Program-made: the position numbers and the translations under genes
Assembly (NCBI GenBank): GCA_019747015.1
Contig: JAIERI010000148.1
Location: 1-58,048 of the forward strand
Source of the DNA: Xanthobacteraceae bacterium
GTDB taxonomy: Bacteria; Pseudomonadota; Alphaproteobacteria; Rhizobiales; Xanthobacteraceae
Direction of reading: 5' to 3'
DNA length: 58,048 nucleotides
Notes under the pieces: model-generated
What the model was told of the DNA's origin: nothing
The model's input: only the letters and a program-made list of their open reading frames with translations
The model's database searches: none
Part shown: in pieces, positions 27,120 to 37,407 of the stretch
How the letters are laid out: every line of letters begins with the position of its first letter
How positions within the stretch are numbered: the first letter of the stretch is position 1

Positions 27120-28967
27120 TTAGCCTGCGGACGCCATATGCTGGACGTCCGGCCCCTTCTGGTCTTCCTGGTCGTCGGCGGGGCGCACGCAATTGCGCCC
27201 GTCGGATTTGGCACGGTAGAGCGCCTTGTCTGCTGCTTCGATCAATCGTGGCCATGCGTGACGTCCAAGGTGGCCCTTGGCCACGCCGAAGCTCGCGGTG
27301 ATGTTCACCATCGTGCCGTCGGGCATGGTGATCGCGTGGGCTTCCAGCACGTGCCGGATCCGCTCCGCCATCGAAATGCTGTCCGCAAGGTCGTCGCTTG
27401 AAATCAGAAGAACGAATTCCTCGCCGCCGTAACGGGCGAAGATGTCGTTGGCACGCAGCAAGGTGCGCACGACACAGGCGGTTTCGTTCAGAACCTGGTC
27501 ACCGGCCAGATGACCGTGGGTGTCGTTGATCGTCTTGAAGTTGTCTATATCCATCAGAACAAGGCACGCGCCGCTGGCCATCACCTGATTGCTGGTCTGA
27601 CTCTCGCCGATCAAGTCGAGCGCGCGGCGATTCATCAGGCCTGTGAGGCCGTCGGTCTCGGCCTGCCGTTTAAGTTGCCGCGTCAGGGAAGCGCGCTCGA
27701 CGAGATTGCTTCGCAGGACATCGATGGCGTCGAACAGGCGGTTCATCTCGTTGGCCTGAAGGCGGGTGGCGGCTGACTCCATTGGCCGGTCTTCGGCGAG
27801 GCAAATCACTTCCTCGCGTGCGCGCAGCAGGGGGCCGAATACATATCTCTGCGCCACAAGAATAAGCCCGGCCAGTGTCGCAAGAATGATTGTCGTCACC
27901 GCGATGGCCGTTGTCAGCTTCATCAGGGCATCGCGCTGGTCCGCCGTGACACGATCCATTGTGATGTCGAGATACGCACTACGCAGGCGCTCCAGCGGCG
28001 CAAGCGTTTGAACGAAGCGGACGGTGTATTCATCCGCGCTCATGGTGTAGTTGCCCGTCTCTCGTCCTTGCGCGATCAGCTCGTCCGTCATTTTAAGCCC
28101 TTCGCCGAAAAACTGGCGATCGGCGTCACGCAGCAGATCGACGAGGCGTGGATCGTGATAGCGGATCGTGTCCGGTCCGCCGATCAGATGCCACAGTTCG
28201 ATGAGGCGACCGCGTGTCCGATTGCTGTCGACGAGATTGCGCAGCGGCAATGGCTGGCTGACAGCGATCGGCGCCATGATCTGGGATGCGATTCGTCCGC
28301 CATATTCCCGCAGATCACCGAATATATGGCCGTTCAACAGCACGGCGGTCAGATCAGGATTGGACATGGAGAGTGTGGCCACCTTCCAGCGGATCGCCGC
28401 CTGAAAGATGTCGATGACTTTGAAACAGCTCTCGATAACCGATTGCACATCCTCAAGCGGCCGCTGTTCGCGCGGGATCGCGCTGAGGCGATCGACCTCG
28501 TTGCGTGCGAATGCAAGTTGTTCTAGCACGGGCGCCAGCAGCTTGGTCGGAACGCGCTGGCGTTCGCCTTCCGCGCCGTTGTAGGGAACGGACAACCGTT
28601 CAAGGGCGGCGTCGCTACGCGCGCGGAATTGTGCAAGGCGTACCCGCAGTGGGCCATCCGTCAAAATATCTGCGCCAAGAACGCTGTTGGAGGGGCCGCG
28701 TTCGGCGGAAAGAATATTGGCTACATCCAAGATTAGCCGGTAATTCTCGACCTCCGCCAGATTGTGGCGGGCGTGAACGTAATCCTCGTGGGATCGGTGA
28801 ATGACGCTGGCGGCGAGCGCGCTGGTGCACGCAATCGCTATGCCCATGCCGATCAGAAGTTTGCGGCGCAGGCTGTGATCGCCATGTCGTTGAGTGTGAC
28901 GAAGGAGGCCCTGTCGTGTTCGGCTAAGACCCGCATCGAGGTCTTTGATGAGCCGTGCAATGGACAT
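27120..28967 (-). CDS. membrane-bound diguanylate cyclase
   Basis: Two TM helices around a large periplasmic domain; DGLTGLMNRR, DIDNFK, RxxD I-site (RAND) and RYGGEEF. Confidence 0.92.
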   Translation of the reverse strand: MSIARLIKDLDAGLSRTRQGLLRHTQRHGDHSLRRKLLIGMGIAIACTSALAASVIHRSHEDYVHARHNLAEVENYRLILDVANILSAERGPSNSVLGADILTDGPLRVRLAQFRARSDAALERLSVPYNGAEGERQRVPTKLLAPVLEQLAFARNEVDRLSAIPREQRPLEDVQSVIESCFKVIDIFQAAIRWKVATLSMSNPDLTAVLLNGHIFGDLREYGGRIASQIMAPIAVSQPLPLRNLVDSNRTRGRLIELWHLIGGPDTIRYHDPRLVDLLRDADRQFFGEGLKMTDELIAQGRETGNYTMSADEYTVRFVQTLAPLERLRSAYLDITMDRVTADQRDALMKLTTAIAVTTIILATLAGLILVAQRYVFGPLLRAREEVICLAEDRPMESAATRLQANEMNRLFDAIDVLRSNLVERASLTRQLKRQAETDGLTGLMNRRALDLIGESQTSNQVMASGACLVLMDIDNFKTINDTHGHLAGDQVLNETACVVRTLLRANDIFARYGGEEFVLLISSDDLADSISMAERIRHVLEAHAITMPDGTMVNITASFGVAKGHLGRHAWPRLIEAADKALYRAKSDGRNCVRPADDQEDQKGPDVQHMASAG

Positions 28968-29248
28968 TTGTCGCCTTCCCCCTGCAAACCGACGAGTGTT
29001 ATCCACTTCTGTTCCGGCTTGATTGATCGCAGCACATCCCCAGCTCCCTGCGGAGCGGCTGCGCGACTTCCATTTAGGAAGAGGAGAATTGCGTTTCGGT
29101 GAAATAGCTCGGTAAAGATTTGCCTTATGCCGGGAATGATCCTGTCGACAATGATCTGCGGCCTTATCCGAAAATTTAGCTTAATGAATTGGCTTGTGCC
29201 GGTGTCATTATGCCGGTGCAGCCGATGTGTTTCAGCGTGAATTCGGCC

Positions 29249-29284
29249 AAAAAAAGATCGGCCCCGTTCGGGACCGATCTTCTT
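29249..29284 (-). terminator. intrinsic terminator after csbD
   Basis: AAGATCGG-N-CCGATCTT hairpin with a T-tract on the minus strand. Confidence 0.75.
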
Positions 29285-29302
29285 CTCCAGTTTTGGAAGC
29301 GA

Positions 29303-29518
29303 TCAGAGCTTGCGGTTCGCAAGCTCTGCCGCCTTGTTGACGGCTTCCTTCGCGCCGGCCTTGGCATCGCCAACGGCCTGCTGGCCGTGCCCCTTGGCTT
29401 CCTGCACGGCGCCTTCGCCCTGCAACTTGGTGTCGCCGGTCGCATTGCCAATGCCCTGCTTGGCCTTGCCGATCGCTTCGTTGGTTGCGCCTTTAACCTT
29501 GTCCGCCACGCTACCCAT
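29303..29518 (-). CDS. CsbD family stress protein
   Basis: DKVKG..NEAIGKAKQ.IG..TGD..LQGEG..QE.KG motif; AAGGAG RBS. Confidence 0.92.
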   Translation of the reverse strand: MGSVADKVKGATNEAIGKAKQGIGNATGDTKLQGEGAVQEAKGHGQQAVGDAKAGAKEAVNKAAELANRKL

Positions 29519-29550
29519 GACAATCTCCTTTGGTGTGAGTTCGCAAGGGC

Positions 29551-29575
29551 AACGGGTGAGGACAATGCAAGTTCC
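29551..29575 (-). promoter_or_regulatory. EcfG general-stress promoter of csbD
   Basis: Exact GGAAC-N16-CGTT. Confidence 0.85.
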
Positions 29576-29639
29576 TCGAACGCCCGAAGGAACTGCGGCA
29601 TATTGGAGCGATGGAACATCGCACGTATGAGATATTTTG

Positions 29640-30257
29640 ATGAGTGACATGCACGTCTATGAGCCCTCGCATGGACACGGGTTGAAGCACGATCCCTTCA
29701 ACGCCATTGTCGGACCACGGCCCATCGGCTGGATTTCCTCACATGACGGCCGGGGCCGGATTAATCTCGCGCCCTACAGCTTCTTCAACGCATTTAATTA
29801 TCATCCGCCGATCATCGGATTTTCCAGCACAGGCTGGAAGGATACCATCGCGAATGTCACGGAGACCGGGGAATTCGTCTGGAATCTGGCGACCCGGCAC
29901 GTCGCCGAGGCAATGAACGCGACGTCCGCCAGTGTGCCGCACGGTGTCGACGAATTCACCCTCGCCGCGCTCACGAAAGTGCCGGGCAAAATTGTCGGCG
30001 TGCCGCGTGTCGGCGAGAGTCCGGTCTCGTTCGAGTGTAAAGTGAGTCAGATCATTCAGTTGCAGGGCGCCGATGGCGTCAAGGCCAATGCCTGGTTGAC
30101 GCTCGGTGAAGTTGTCGTGGTCCATATCGACAAGCGCCTGATTGTGGACGGCGTCTATCAGACTGCTCTGGCCCACCCGATTTTGCGGGCCGGGCGCGCC
30201 GGCGACTATGCCGAAATCCGTCCCGATGCGATGTTCGAGATGCGGCGTCCGGCCTGA
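29640..30257 (+). CDS. flavin reductase family protein
   Basis: PRPIGWISS, NLAPYSFFN and KDT..N..ETGEFVWN motifs. Confidence 0.9.
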   Translation: MSDMHVYEPSHGHGLKHDPFNAIVGPRPIGWISSHDGRGRINLAPYSFFNAFNYHPPIIGFSSTGWKDTIANVTETGEFVWNLATRHVAEAMNATSASVPHGVDEFTLAALTKVPGKIVGVPRVGESPVSFECKVSQIIQLQGADGVKANAWLTLGEVVVVHIDKRLIVDGVYQTALAHPILRAGRAGDYAEIRPDAMFEMRRPA

Positions 30258-30596
30258 CGAGGCGAGCGGCGGGCCAGGGTTTGGGGTACTCAGCGCACAC
30301 TCAAATGTGTCTGCCGCCCGTTCCTAAGCAGTGTTATGAGGGCACCGAATACGGCGTTTGGCGTCGGAATCCACGGTTCATGTGTATATACTGTCGTATC
30401 AACATTTCGGACCCCGCCCCCAAGACCATATCTTCTAGGTCGTATCGTCAAGGCCACCCCCCAAAGATCGATATAAGACCGATATTCCGACGACGATATG
30501 AGAACGATATGCCGATGTCAGGATTTGCCATTATAGGATGAGTCGGGATAACGGCTTATCTGCTGCCTGATTGCTTCGGACAAAGAGGATCGTCCC

Positions 30597-32852
30597 ATGA
30601 GCTTTTCCTTCCGCCGCGATATCCTCACCAAGCCGATTTTCGCGTGGGCGCACAAGGCGCTGCCCTCGATGTCCGACACCGAGCGCGAGGCGCTGGAAGC
30701 GGGCGATGTGTGGTGGGACGCCGATCTGTTCACCGGCAATCCGGACTGGTCGAAGCTGCTGGCTTATCCTTCCGCCAAACTGACCGCCGAAGAGACTGCA
30801 TTCTTGAACGGCCCGGTCGACGAACTCTGTGCCATGGTCGACGAGTGGAAGGTAATGTGGGAGTGGCGCGATCTGCCGCCCGAAGTGTGGGAGTTCATCA
30901 AGCGCAACAAATTCCTCGGCATGATTATTCCGAAGGAATTTGGCGGGCTCGGCTTCTCGCCTTTCGCGCATTCCGAAGTGATCCGGAAAATTTCCTCGCG
31001 TTCGGTCACTGCCGCGGTGACGGTGATGGTGCCCAATTCGTTGGGACCGGGTGAACTTTTGATGAAGTTCGGCACCAAAGAACAGCAGAACAAATGGCTG
31101 CCGGGTCTCGCCGAGGGACGCGAAATTCCATGCTTCGGCCTCACCAGCCCGGAAGCCGGATCCGATGCGGCCTCAATGGTCGATACCGGCGTGATTTGTA
31201 AAGGCACGTTCGAGGGCAGGGAAACGCTCGGCCTGCGCTTGAACTGGCACAAGCGTTACATCACGCTCGGCCCGGTCGCGACCTTGCTCGGTCTGGCTTT
31301 CAAGGCGCGCGATCCGGATCATCTGATCGGCAACGAAGAAGATCTCGGAATTACCGTGGCGCTGATCCCAACCGATCTGCCCGGCGTGACCATCGGTCAT
31401 CGCCATCTGCCCGCGATGCAGGTGTTCCAGAACGGCCCGAACTGGGGCAAGGACGTTTTCATTCCGATGGATCATGTCATCGGCGGGCAGGAGCGCATCG
31501 GCCAGGGTTGGAAGATGCTGATGAGTGCGCTCGCGGCGGGGCGCGGCATTTCGCTTCCCTCGCAGTCCGCCTCTGGCGCGGCCTATTGCGCGCGCGCCAC
31601 CGGCGCTTACGCACGCATCCGCGAGCAATTCCACATTCCGATCGGCAAGTTCGAAGGCATCGAGGAGCCGTTGGCGCGCATCGCCGGCACCGCCTATCAG
31701 TTAGACGCCGCGCGCAGGCTGACCTGCTCGGCGCTGAATCAGGGCAAGCACCCCGCAGTGATTTCCGGCATCATGAAGCTGCACGCCACCGAGCGGCTGC
31801 GCATCGCAACTGATGACGCGATGGATGTCCATGGTGGCAAGGCGGTGATCGACGGCCCGCAGAATTACATGGGCAATCTGTATCGTTCGGTGCCGGTGGC
31901 GATCACGGTGGAAGGCGCGAACATTCTGACGCGCAATCTCATCATCTTCGGGCAGGGTGCGACCCGCGCGCATCCCTTCCTGCTGAAGGAAATCAATGCG
32001 ATCGGCAATCCCGACCAAAACGCCGGGCTGGAGGCGTTCGACGATGCGTTCTGGAAACACGCCGGTCACGCCGTTACAAACCTTTTCCGCGCGTGGGGCC
32101 GCAGTTGGACCGGCGGGCTCTTTGCTCCCGCGCCCGATGCCGGTGCCGCGACCGGCTACTACCGCCAGCTGTCGCGTTACTCCACCGCGTTTGCCCTGTG
32201 TGCCGACATGGCGCTGCTCACACTCGGTGGCGCGCTCAAGCGCAAGGAAATGCTTTCGGCGCGGTTCGGCGACATCTTGTCCGAACTTTATCTGCTCTCC
32301 GCCGCGCTCAAGCGCTGGGAAGACGAGGGCCGTCAGCAGGACGATCTTCCGGCGCTGCAATGGGTAATGGCCAATGGCATCCGTACCATGGAAAATCGTT
32401 TCGCCGAGGTGCTGGCGAATTTGCCAAATCGTTTTGTCGCGATTCTGCTGAAATTCATCGTGCAACCACTCGGCGCCAATGTGCTCGGTCCATCCGACAA
32501 GGTCGTGCATCAATGCGCGCAGCTTGTTTTGGAGCCGTCAGCGGCGCGCGACCGGCTGATCTCGGGTTTGTATGAGCCTGGCGCGAATGACGACGGGCCG
32601 ATCGCCCGTCTGGAGCGCGCTTTCCTGCTGGTGACGGCGAACGCGGCGGTTGAAAAGAAAATGCGCGCCGCGCATATTCGCGACTGGAACGAGGCCGTCA
32701 AACGCGGCGTCATCACCGCCGATGAGGGCAATGCGGTGAAGACGGCGCAGGAGGCGGTCACGCAGGTGATCGAGGTCGACGATTTCGCGCCGCAGGCGCT
32801 ATCGCCGATCTACAAGGCAAAGCAATCCTCTCCTGAAAGAGCAGCAAGCTGA
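30597..32852 (+). CDS. fadE: acyl-CoA dehydrogenase, FadE type
   Basis: MS.TEREALEAG.VWW, VMVPNSLGPGELL, KRYITLGP and ITVEGANILTR motifs. Confidence 0.93.
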   Translation: MSFSFRRDILTKPIFAWAHKALPSMSDTEREALEAGDVWWDADLFTGNPDWSKLLAYPSAKLTAEETAFLNGPVDELCAMVDEWKVMWEWRDLPPEVWEFIKRNKFLGMIIPKEFGGLGFSPFAHSEVIRKISSRSVTAAVTVMVPNSLGPGELLMKFGTKEQQNKWLPGLAEGREIPCFGLTSPEAGSDAASMVDTGVICKGTFEGRETLGLRLNWHKRYITLGPVATLLGLAFKARDPDHLIGNEEDLGITVALIPTDLPGVTIGHRHLPAMQVFQNGPNWGKDVFIPMDHVIGGQERIGQGWKMLMSALAAGRGISLPSQSASGAAYCARATGAYARIREQFHIPIGKFEGIEEPLARIAGTAYQLDAARRLTCSALNQGKHPAVISGIMKLHATERLRIATDDAMDVHGGKAVIDGPQNYMGNLYRSVPVAITVEGANILTRNLIIFGQGATRAHPFLLKEINAIGNPDQNAGLEAFDDAFWKHAGHAVTNLFRAWGRSWTGGLFAPAPDAGAATGYYRQLSRYSTAFALCADMALLTLGGALKRKEMLSARFGDILSELYLLSAALKRWEDEGRQQDDLPALQWVMANGIRTMENRFAEVLANLPNRFVAILLKFIVQPLGANVLGPSDKVVHQCAQLVLEPSAARDRLISGLYEPGANDDGPIARLERAFLLVTANAAVEKKMRAAHIRDWNEAVKRGVITADEGNAVKTAQEAVTQVIEVDDFAPQALSPIYKAKQSSPERAAS

Positions 32853-34135
32853 TGGTGCGTCCCGTTTACATTATCGATGGCAGCCGAACGCCGTTTCTCA
32901 AGGCGCAAGGCGGCCCCGGACCTTTCACGCCGGTCGATCTCGCCGTGCAGGCGGGACGTCCGCTGCTGGCACGACAGCCGTTTCCTTCGAGCGCGTTCAA
33001 TCAAGTCATTCTCGGTTGCGTCAACGTCATCGCCGATGAAATGAAACGCGCGCGCGTCGCGGCGCTGCGGCTCGGAATGGGCGAGGACATGGTCGCCTTT
33101 ACCGTGCAGATCAACTGCGGCTCCGGCATGCAATCGATCGACACAGCGTATCGTTATATCGAGGCCGGCGACGCGGATATGATTCTGGCGGGCGGCACCG
33201 AGGCGCTTAGCTATGCGCCTTTGGTGTATCCAGCCTCGGGTGTGCGCTGGTTCGCGAAACTGATGACGGCTCGCACTGCAATGGCCAAGCTTGCTGCAAT
33301 TCTCAAGGTGCGGCCGTCCTACTTCAAGCCGATCATCGGGCTTGAGCGCGGTCTCACCGATCCGGTCACCGACCTCAACATGGGCCAGACCGCCGAAGTC
33401 GTCGCGCATCTGATGGGCGTGACGCGCGAGCAGGCCGACGCCTATGCGGTGGAAAGTCACAAGCGGCTGGCGAACGCACAGCAGCAGGGTTTTCTGAAAG
33501 GCGAGATCGAGACCGCGTTCGCGCGCGACGGAAAATTCTACGATCACGATGACGGCGTGCGACCGGACTCGTCGATAGATAAGCTCGCCAAGCTCAAGCC
33601 CGCATTCGAGCGGCCATGGGGACAGGTGACCGCGGGCAATTCATCGCAGATCACCGACGGCGCATGCTGGACCATTCTGGCTTCAGAGGACGCGGTCAAG
33701 AAATACGGGCTGAAGCCCAAGGCTGTCATCATCGACAGCGCATGGGCGGGACTCGATCCCTCCATTATGGGCTTCGGTCCGGTGCTCTCTGCGACCACGC
33801 TTCTGAAGAAGCACAATCTGAAATTGCAGGACATCGACACTTGGGAAATCAACGAGGCGTTTGCCTCGCAATTGCTGGCGTGTCTTGCCGCGTGGAACGA
33901 CGACAAGTTCTGCCGCGAGGTACTCGGTCTTGATGGCGCGGCCGGCGAGATCGATCGCGCCAGGCTCAATGTCGATGGCGGCGCGGTCAGCCTCGGGCAT
34001 CCGGTCGGCACCAGCGGCAATCGCATCGTGCTGCATCTGGTCAACGCGATGAAACGCCTCGGTACCAAACGCGGTATCGCAACGGAATGTATCGGCGGCG
34101 GCCTCGGTGGCGCCATGCTGATCGAAACAGTTTAA
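32852..34135 (+). CDS. acetyl-CoA C-acyltransferase (thiolase, FadI/FadA type)
   Basis: NCGSG, NEAF, GHPVG and CIGGG motifs. Confidence 0.95.
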   Translation: MVRPVYIIDGSRTPFLKAQGGPGPFTPVDLAVQAGRPLLARQPFPSSAFNQVILGCVNVIADEMKRARVAALRLGMGEDMVAFTVQINCGSGMQSIDTAYRYIEAGDADMILAGGTEALSYAPLVYPASGVRWFAKLMTARTAMAKLAAILKVRPSYFKPIIGLERGLTDPVTDLNMGQTAEVVAHLMGVTREQADAYAVESHKRLANAQQQGFLKGEIETAFARDGKFYDHDDGVRPDSSIDKLAKLKPAFERPWGQVTAGNSSQITDGACWTILASEDAVKKYGLKPKAVIIDSAWAGLDPSIMGFGPVLSATTLLKKHNLKLQDIDTWEINEAFASQLLACLAAWNDDKFCREVLGLDGAAGEIDRARLNVDGGAVSLGHPVGTSGNRIVLHLVNAMKRLGTKRGIATECIGGGLGGAMLIETV

Positions 34136-34148
34136 AGGACGAACGGTC

Positions 34149-36233
34149 ATGGACAGCAAGATCATGAGCGTTCTGAGGGATCGCGTACTCGAACTCGGGC
34201 CCAAGCCGGCTTCGGGTTCATACGCCAACTTCAAGGTGACGCGCGATGAGGATGGCATCGCCTGGGTGCTGTTCGACCGCGCGGGCTCAAGTGCCAACAC
34301 GCTCTCCGCCGCCGTGCTGGAGGAGTTCGGGCAGATCGCCGCCTCGTTCGAGAGCGATCGTCCTGCGGGCGTTGTGCTGCGCTCGGCGAAAAAATCGGGC
34401 TTTATCGCCGGCGCGGACATCAATGAGTTCAAAGGCCTCAACGAGATCGCGAAGGTCGAGACTGAAATTGGACGCGTTCACGGCATTCTGGATCGTTTTG
34501 AAAACCTGAAAATCCCGACTGTCGCCGTCATTCACGGCTTCTGCCTCGGCGGCGGTCTTGAAGTCGTGCTTGCCTGTCAGGCACGCATCGCTATCGACAA
34601 TGCCCGTTTCGGTTTCCCCGAAGTGCTGCTCGGCCTGCATCCGGGCTTCGGCGGCACCGCGCGGTTCACCCATCTCGTCAATCCGCTCGAAGCAATGACG
34701 ATGATGCTGACCGGCAAGACCATCGACGCCCGCAAGGCGAAATCGCTCGGCCTCGTCGATGCGGTCACCCAGGAACGTCATGTACGTGGCGCGGTGAAGG
34801 ACGCGATCTTCGGCCGTCTGAAACGCAACAAGCCCGGCGCGCTTGTGTCGGTCATGAATTTTGGGCCTGTGCGCGGCTTGCTCGGTTCGCGCATGCGCGC
34901 CGAAGCGAACAAGACGGCACCGCAGGCGCATTATCCGGCGCCCTATGCGCTGATCGATCTGTGGGAAAAACACGGCGGGGACCGCAAGGGCATGCTCGCC
35001 GCCGAGCAGCCGTCTTTCGCCAAATTGATGGTGACGCCGGCAGCGCAGAACCTCATCCGGGTGTTCTTCCTGCGCGACGAGATGAAAAAACTCGCCGGCG
35101 GCAAAAATACGATTCAGCAGGTCCATGTCATCGGTGCTGGCGCGATGGGCGGCGACATCGCCGCCTGGTGTGCCAATCAGGGCTTACGGGTGACGCTCGC
35201 CGATATGAAGCCGGAGCCGATCGCGGGTGCGATCAAGCGCGCCGCGGATCTTTTCGGAAAGATTATCCGCAGCAAGATCGGCGTGCGCGATGCGCTCGAT
35301 CGCCTGATCCCCGATCTGGATGGGGAGGGCGTTCGAGGCGCCGATCTCATCATCGAAGCGGTGCCGGAAAAACTGGCACTGAAGCAGAAGGTCTATGCAG
35401 GACTCGAACCGATCATGAAACCGGGTGCGATTCTTGCGACCAACACCTCCAGCATTCCGTTGCAGGATTTGCGCACGACGCTGAAAAATCCCGAACGGCT
35501 GCTCGGTATTCACTTCTTCAATCCGGTGTCGCGCCTGCAACTGGTCGAGGTGGTGAGCCATGACGGCGTCGATCCGCAGGCGCTGGCCACCGCGATGAAA
35601 TTCGTCGGCGGTATCGATCGCTTGCCGCTGCCGGTGAAAAGCTCGCCGGGCTTCCTCGTCAATCGCGCGCTGACGCCTTACATGCTCGAGGCGATGGTGA
35701 TGATGGACGAGAAGATCGACAAGACCACCATCGATGCTGCCGCGGAAAAATTCGGCATGCCGATGGGACCGATTGAGCTGGCCGATCAGGTCGGTCTCGA
35801 CATCTGTCTTGCCGTTGGTGACGAATTGCGGACGCATTTCGGCGATGCTTTGCCGGCCGCTCCCGATTGGTTGCGCGAAAAGGTGGCCAAGGGCGAACTC
35901 GGCCGCAAGACCGGCAAGGGTTTCTACGAGTGGAAGAACGGCAGGGTGCAGAAAGGCGCAATCGCTGCGCAGCCGACCGACGACATGATCGACCGACTCA
36001 TTCTGCCGATGTCGAATGTCTGCGTTGCGTGCCTGCGTGAGGGCATCGTCGATAATGCCGACGTGGTCGATGGCGCGATGATCTTCGGTACCGGATACGC
36101 GCCGTTCCGCGGCGGACCGCTGAATTATGCGCGCACCCGCGGACCGGAGAACGTGTCAAACGCACTGGCCGCACTCGCACAGAAGTACGGCAGCCGTTTC
36201 AAGCCCGACGCCGGATGGCTGACGTTCAGATAA
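34149..36233 (+). CDS. enoyl-CoA hydratase / 3-hydroxyacyl-CoA dehydrogenase (FadJ/FadB type)
   Basis: FIAGADI, GGGLE, PEVLLG, GAGAMG, TNTSS and HFFNPV motifs. Confidence 0.95.
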   Translation: MDSKIMSVLRDRVLELGPKPASGSYANFKVTRDEDGIAWVLFDRAGSSANTLSAAVLEEFGQIAASFESDRPAGVVLRSAKKSGFIAGADINEFKGLNEIAKVETEIGRVHGILDRFENLKIPTVAVIHGFCLGGGLEVVLACQARIAIDNARFGFPEVLLGLHPGFGGTARFTHLVNPLEAMTMMLTGKTIDARKAKSLGLVDAVTQERHVRGAVKDAIFGRLKRNKPGALVSVMNFGPVRGLLGSRMRAEANKTAPQAHYPAPYALIDLWEKHGGDRKGMLAAEQPSFAKLMVTPAAQNLIRVFFLRDEMKKLAGGKNTIQQVHVIGAGAMGGDIAAWCANQGLRVTLADMKPEPIAGAIKRAADLFGKIIRSKIGVRDALDRLIPDLDGEGVRGADLIIEAVPEKLALKQKVYAGLEPIMKPGAILATNTSSIPLQDLRTTLKNPERLLGIHFFNPVSRLQLVEVVSHDGVDPQALATAMKFVGGIDRLPLPVKSSPGFLVNRALTPYMLEAMVMMDEKIDKTTIDAAAEKFGMPMGPIELADQVGLDICLAVGDELRTHFGDALPAAPDWLREKVAKGELGRKTGKGFYEWKNGRVQKGAIAAQPTDDMIDRLILPMSNVCVACLREGIVDNADVVDGAMIFGTGYAPFRGGPLNYARTRGPENVSNALAALAQKYGSRFKPDAGWLTFR

Positions 36234-36263
36234 TGCGCTGATGATGTTGACAGGACTTCATTG

Positions 36264-36710
36264 ATGACGGACGCGCCGGTCACCGGAAACACGGTTACAC
36301 ACGCAAGCCCCGTGCCTACCCAGCCGCAGGGCGAACTCTCGATCCGCACGCTGGCGATGCCGGCTGACACCAACCAGAATGGCGATATTTTCGGCGGCTG
36401 GCTGCTGAGCCAGATGGACCTCGCCGGCAGTGTGTTCGCCTACAAGAGCACACTGTCGCGCAACGTCACCGTCGCGATCGAGGCGATGACATTCCGCAAG
36501 CCGGTTTTTGTCGGCGATCTTGTCTCGGTGTATGGCTCGATGGTGCGTATCGGACGCACCTCAATCACCGTGCATATCGAGGCCTGGGTGCAGCGGCGCG
36601 GTGAAACCGGCATCATTCTGGTGACGGACGGCAACTTCACTTACGTGTCGATCGACGACAACGGCCATCCTCAAGTTATCGTCCAGCACAATCCGCCGGC
36701 CGCGGGTTAG
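36264..36710 (+). CDS. acyl-CoA thioesterase (YciA-like hotdog fold)
   Basis: AMPADTN.NGDIFGGWLLSQMD motif. Confidence 0.92.
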   Translation: MTDAPVTGNTVTHASPVPTQPQGELSIRTLAMPADTNQNGDIFGGWLLSQMDLAGSVFAYKSTLSRNVTVAIEAMTFRKPVFVGDLVSVYGSMVRIGRTSITVHIEAWVQRRGETGIILVTDGNFTYVSIDDNGHPQVIVQHNPPAAG

Positions 36711-36734
36711 GCCGCGCTGGCGGATTGTCTGTGG

Positions 36735-37202
36735 TTAGTGGTGGCGATCATGGCGGCGGTGACGCACCGGTACGCCGTTCTCGTCCGTCAGCATTTGCGC
36801 GTTGGCGTCCATCGCACGCTGGCGCTTGGCGGCATAGTAATAGCCCGCGGCATAATAATGCACCGCGCGGTCGGCATTGCCGCCCGCGGCCTGATAGGCG
36901 CCCGCAAGATACTTCACGGCGTAGGTCAGATTGGTTTCCGGATCGAGCAGGCCTTGCGCGGTGCCGGTGTAGCCGAGGCCACGCGCGGTCTGCAGGCGGA
37001 TCTGCATCATGCCGTAATTGCCCTTGCTGACGGCGCGGGGATTGTAGCGGCTTTCGCGCATGATGACTCGATGTACGAGTTCCACGGGAACTCCGTTGGC
37101 AGCAGCATGGCTGGCCACCATACCCTGATAGTCGGCGTCCTGCGCGAACGCAGACGGAATCGCCAACAGCGCCGCAAACGCGGCGAGCGCAAATTTCTTC
37201 AT
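36735..37202 (-). CDS. lytic transglycosylase (SLT domain), secreted
   Basis: Signal peptide; RES, GMMQI, N..Y...YL and YAAG motifs. Confidence 0.9.
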   Translation of the reverse strand: MKKFALAAFAALLAIPSAFAQDADYQGMVASHAAANGVPVELVHRVIMRESRYNPRAVSKGNYGMMQIRLQTARGLGYTGTAQGLLDPETNLTYAVKYLAGAYQAAGGNADRAVHYYAAGYYYAAKRQRAMDANAQMLTDENGVPVRHRRHDRHH

Positions 37203-37407
37203 GTCGATGTCCCTAGGTTTTGAATTGGGTCCGGGCGGGCAGCGTCGCCGGTGCGGACAATGCGCTGCTCGCGAGCAACGCGCGGAAGACGGTTCCATGA
37301 CGGCACAATGTGGAGACATCATGTCGTCAGAATTTACCTTTAAATTATAGCAACTTACAGGATTCTGAATGAGATCGGTACGACTCAGGACACGCTGGAC
37401 TGAAGAG

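Noticed and set aside
19583-30300. Integrative element or prophage at tRNA-Met
   Set aside because: No integrase, transposase or phage gene, and I found no distal duplication of the tRNA 3' end by eye. It is treated only as an accessory-looking block.
30469-30518. CRISPR array or iterons
   Set aside because: The repeats are only 6 nt with 2-8 nt gaps, and there is no cas or rep gene.
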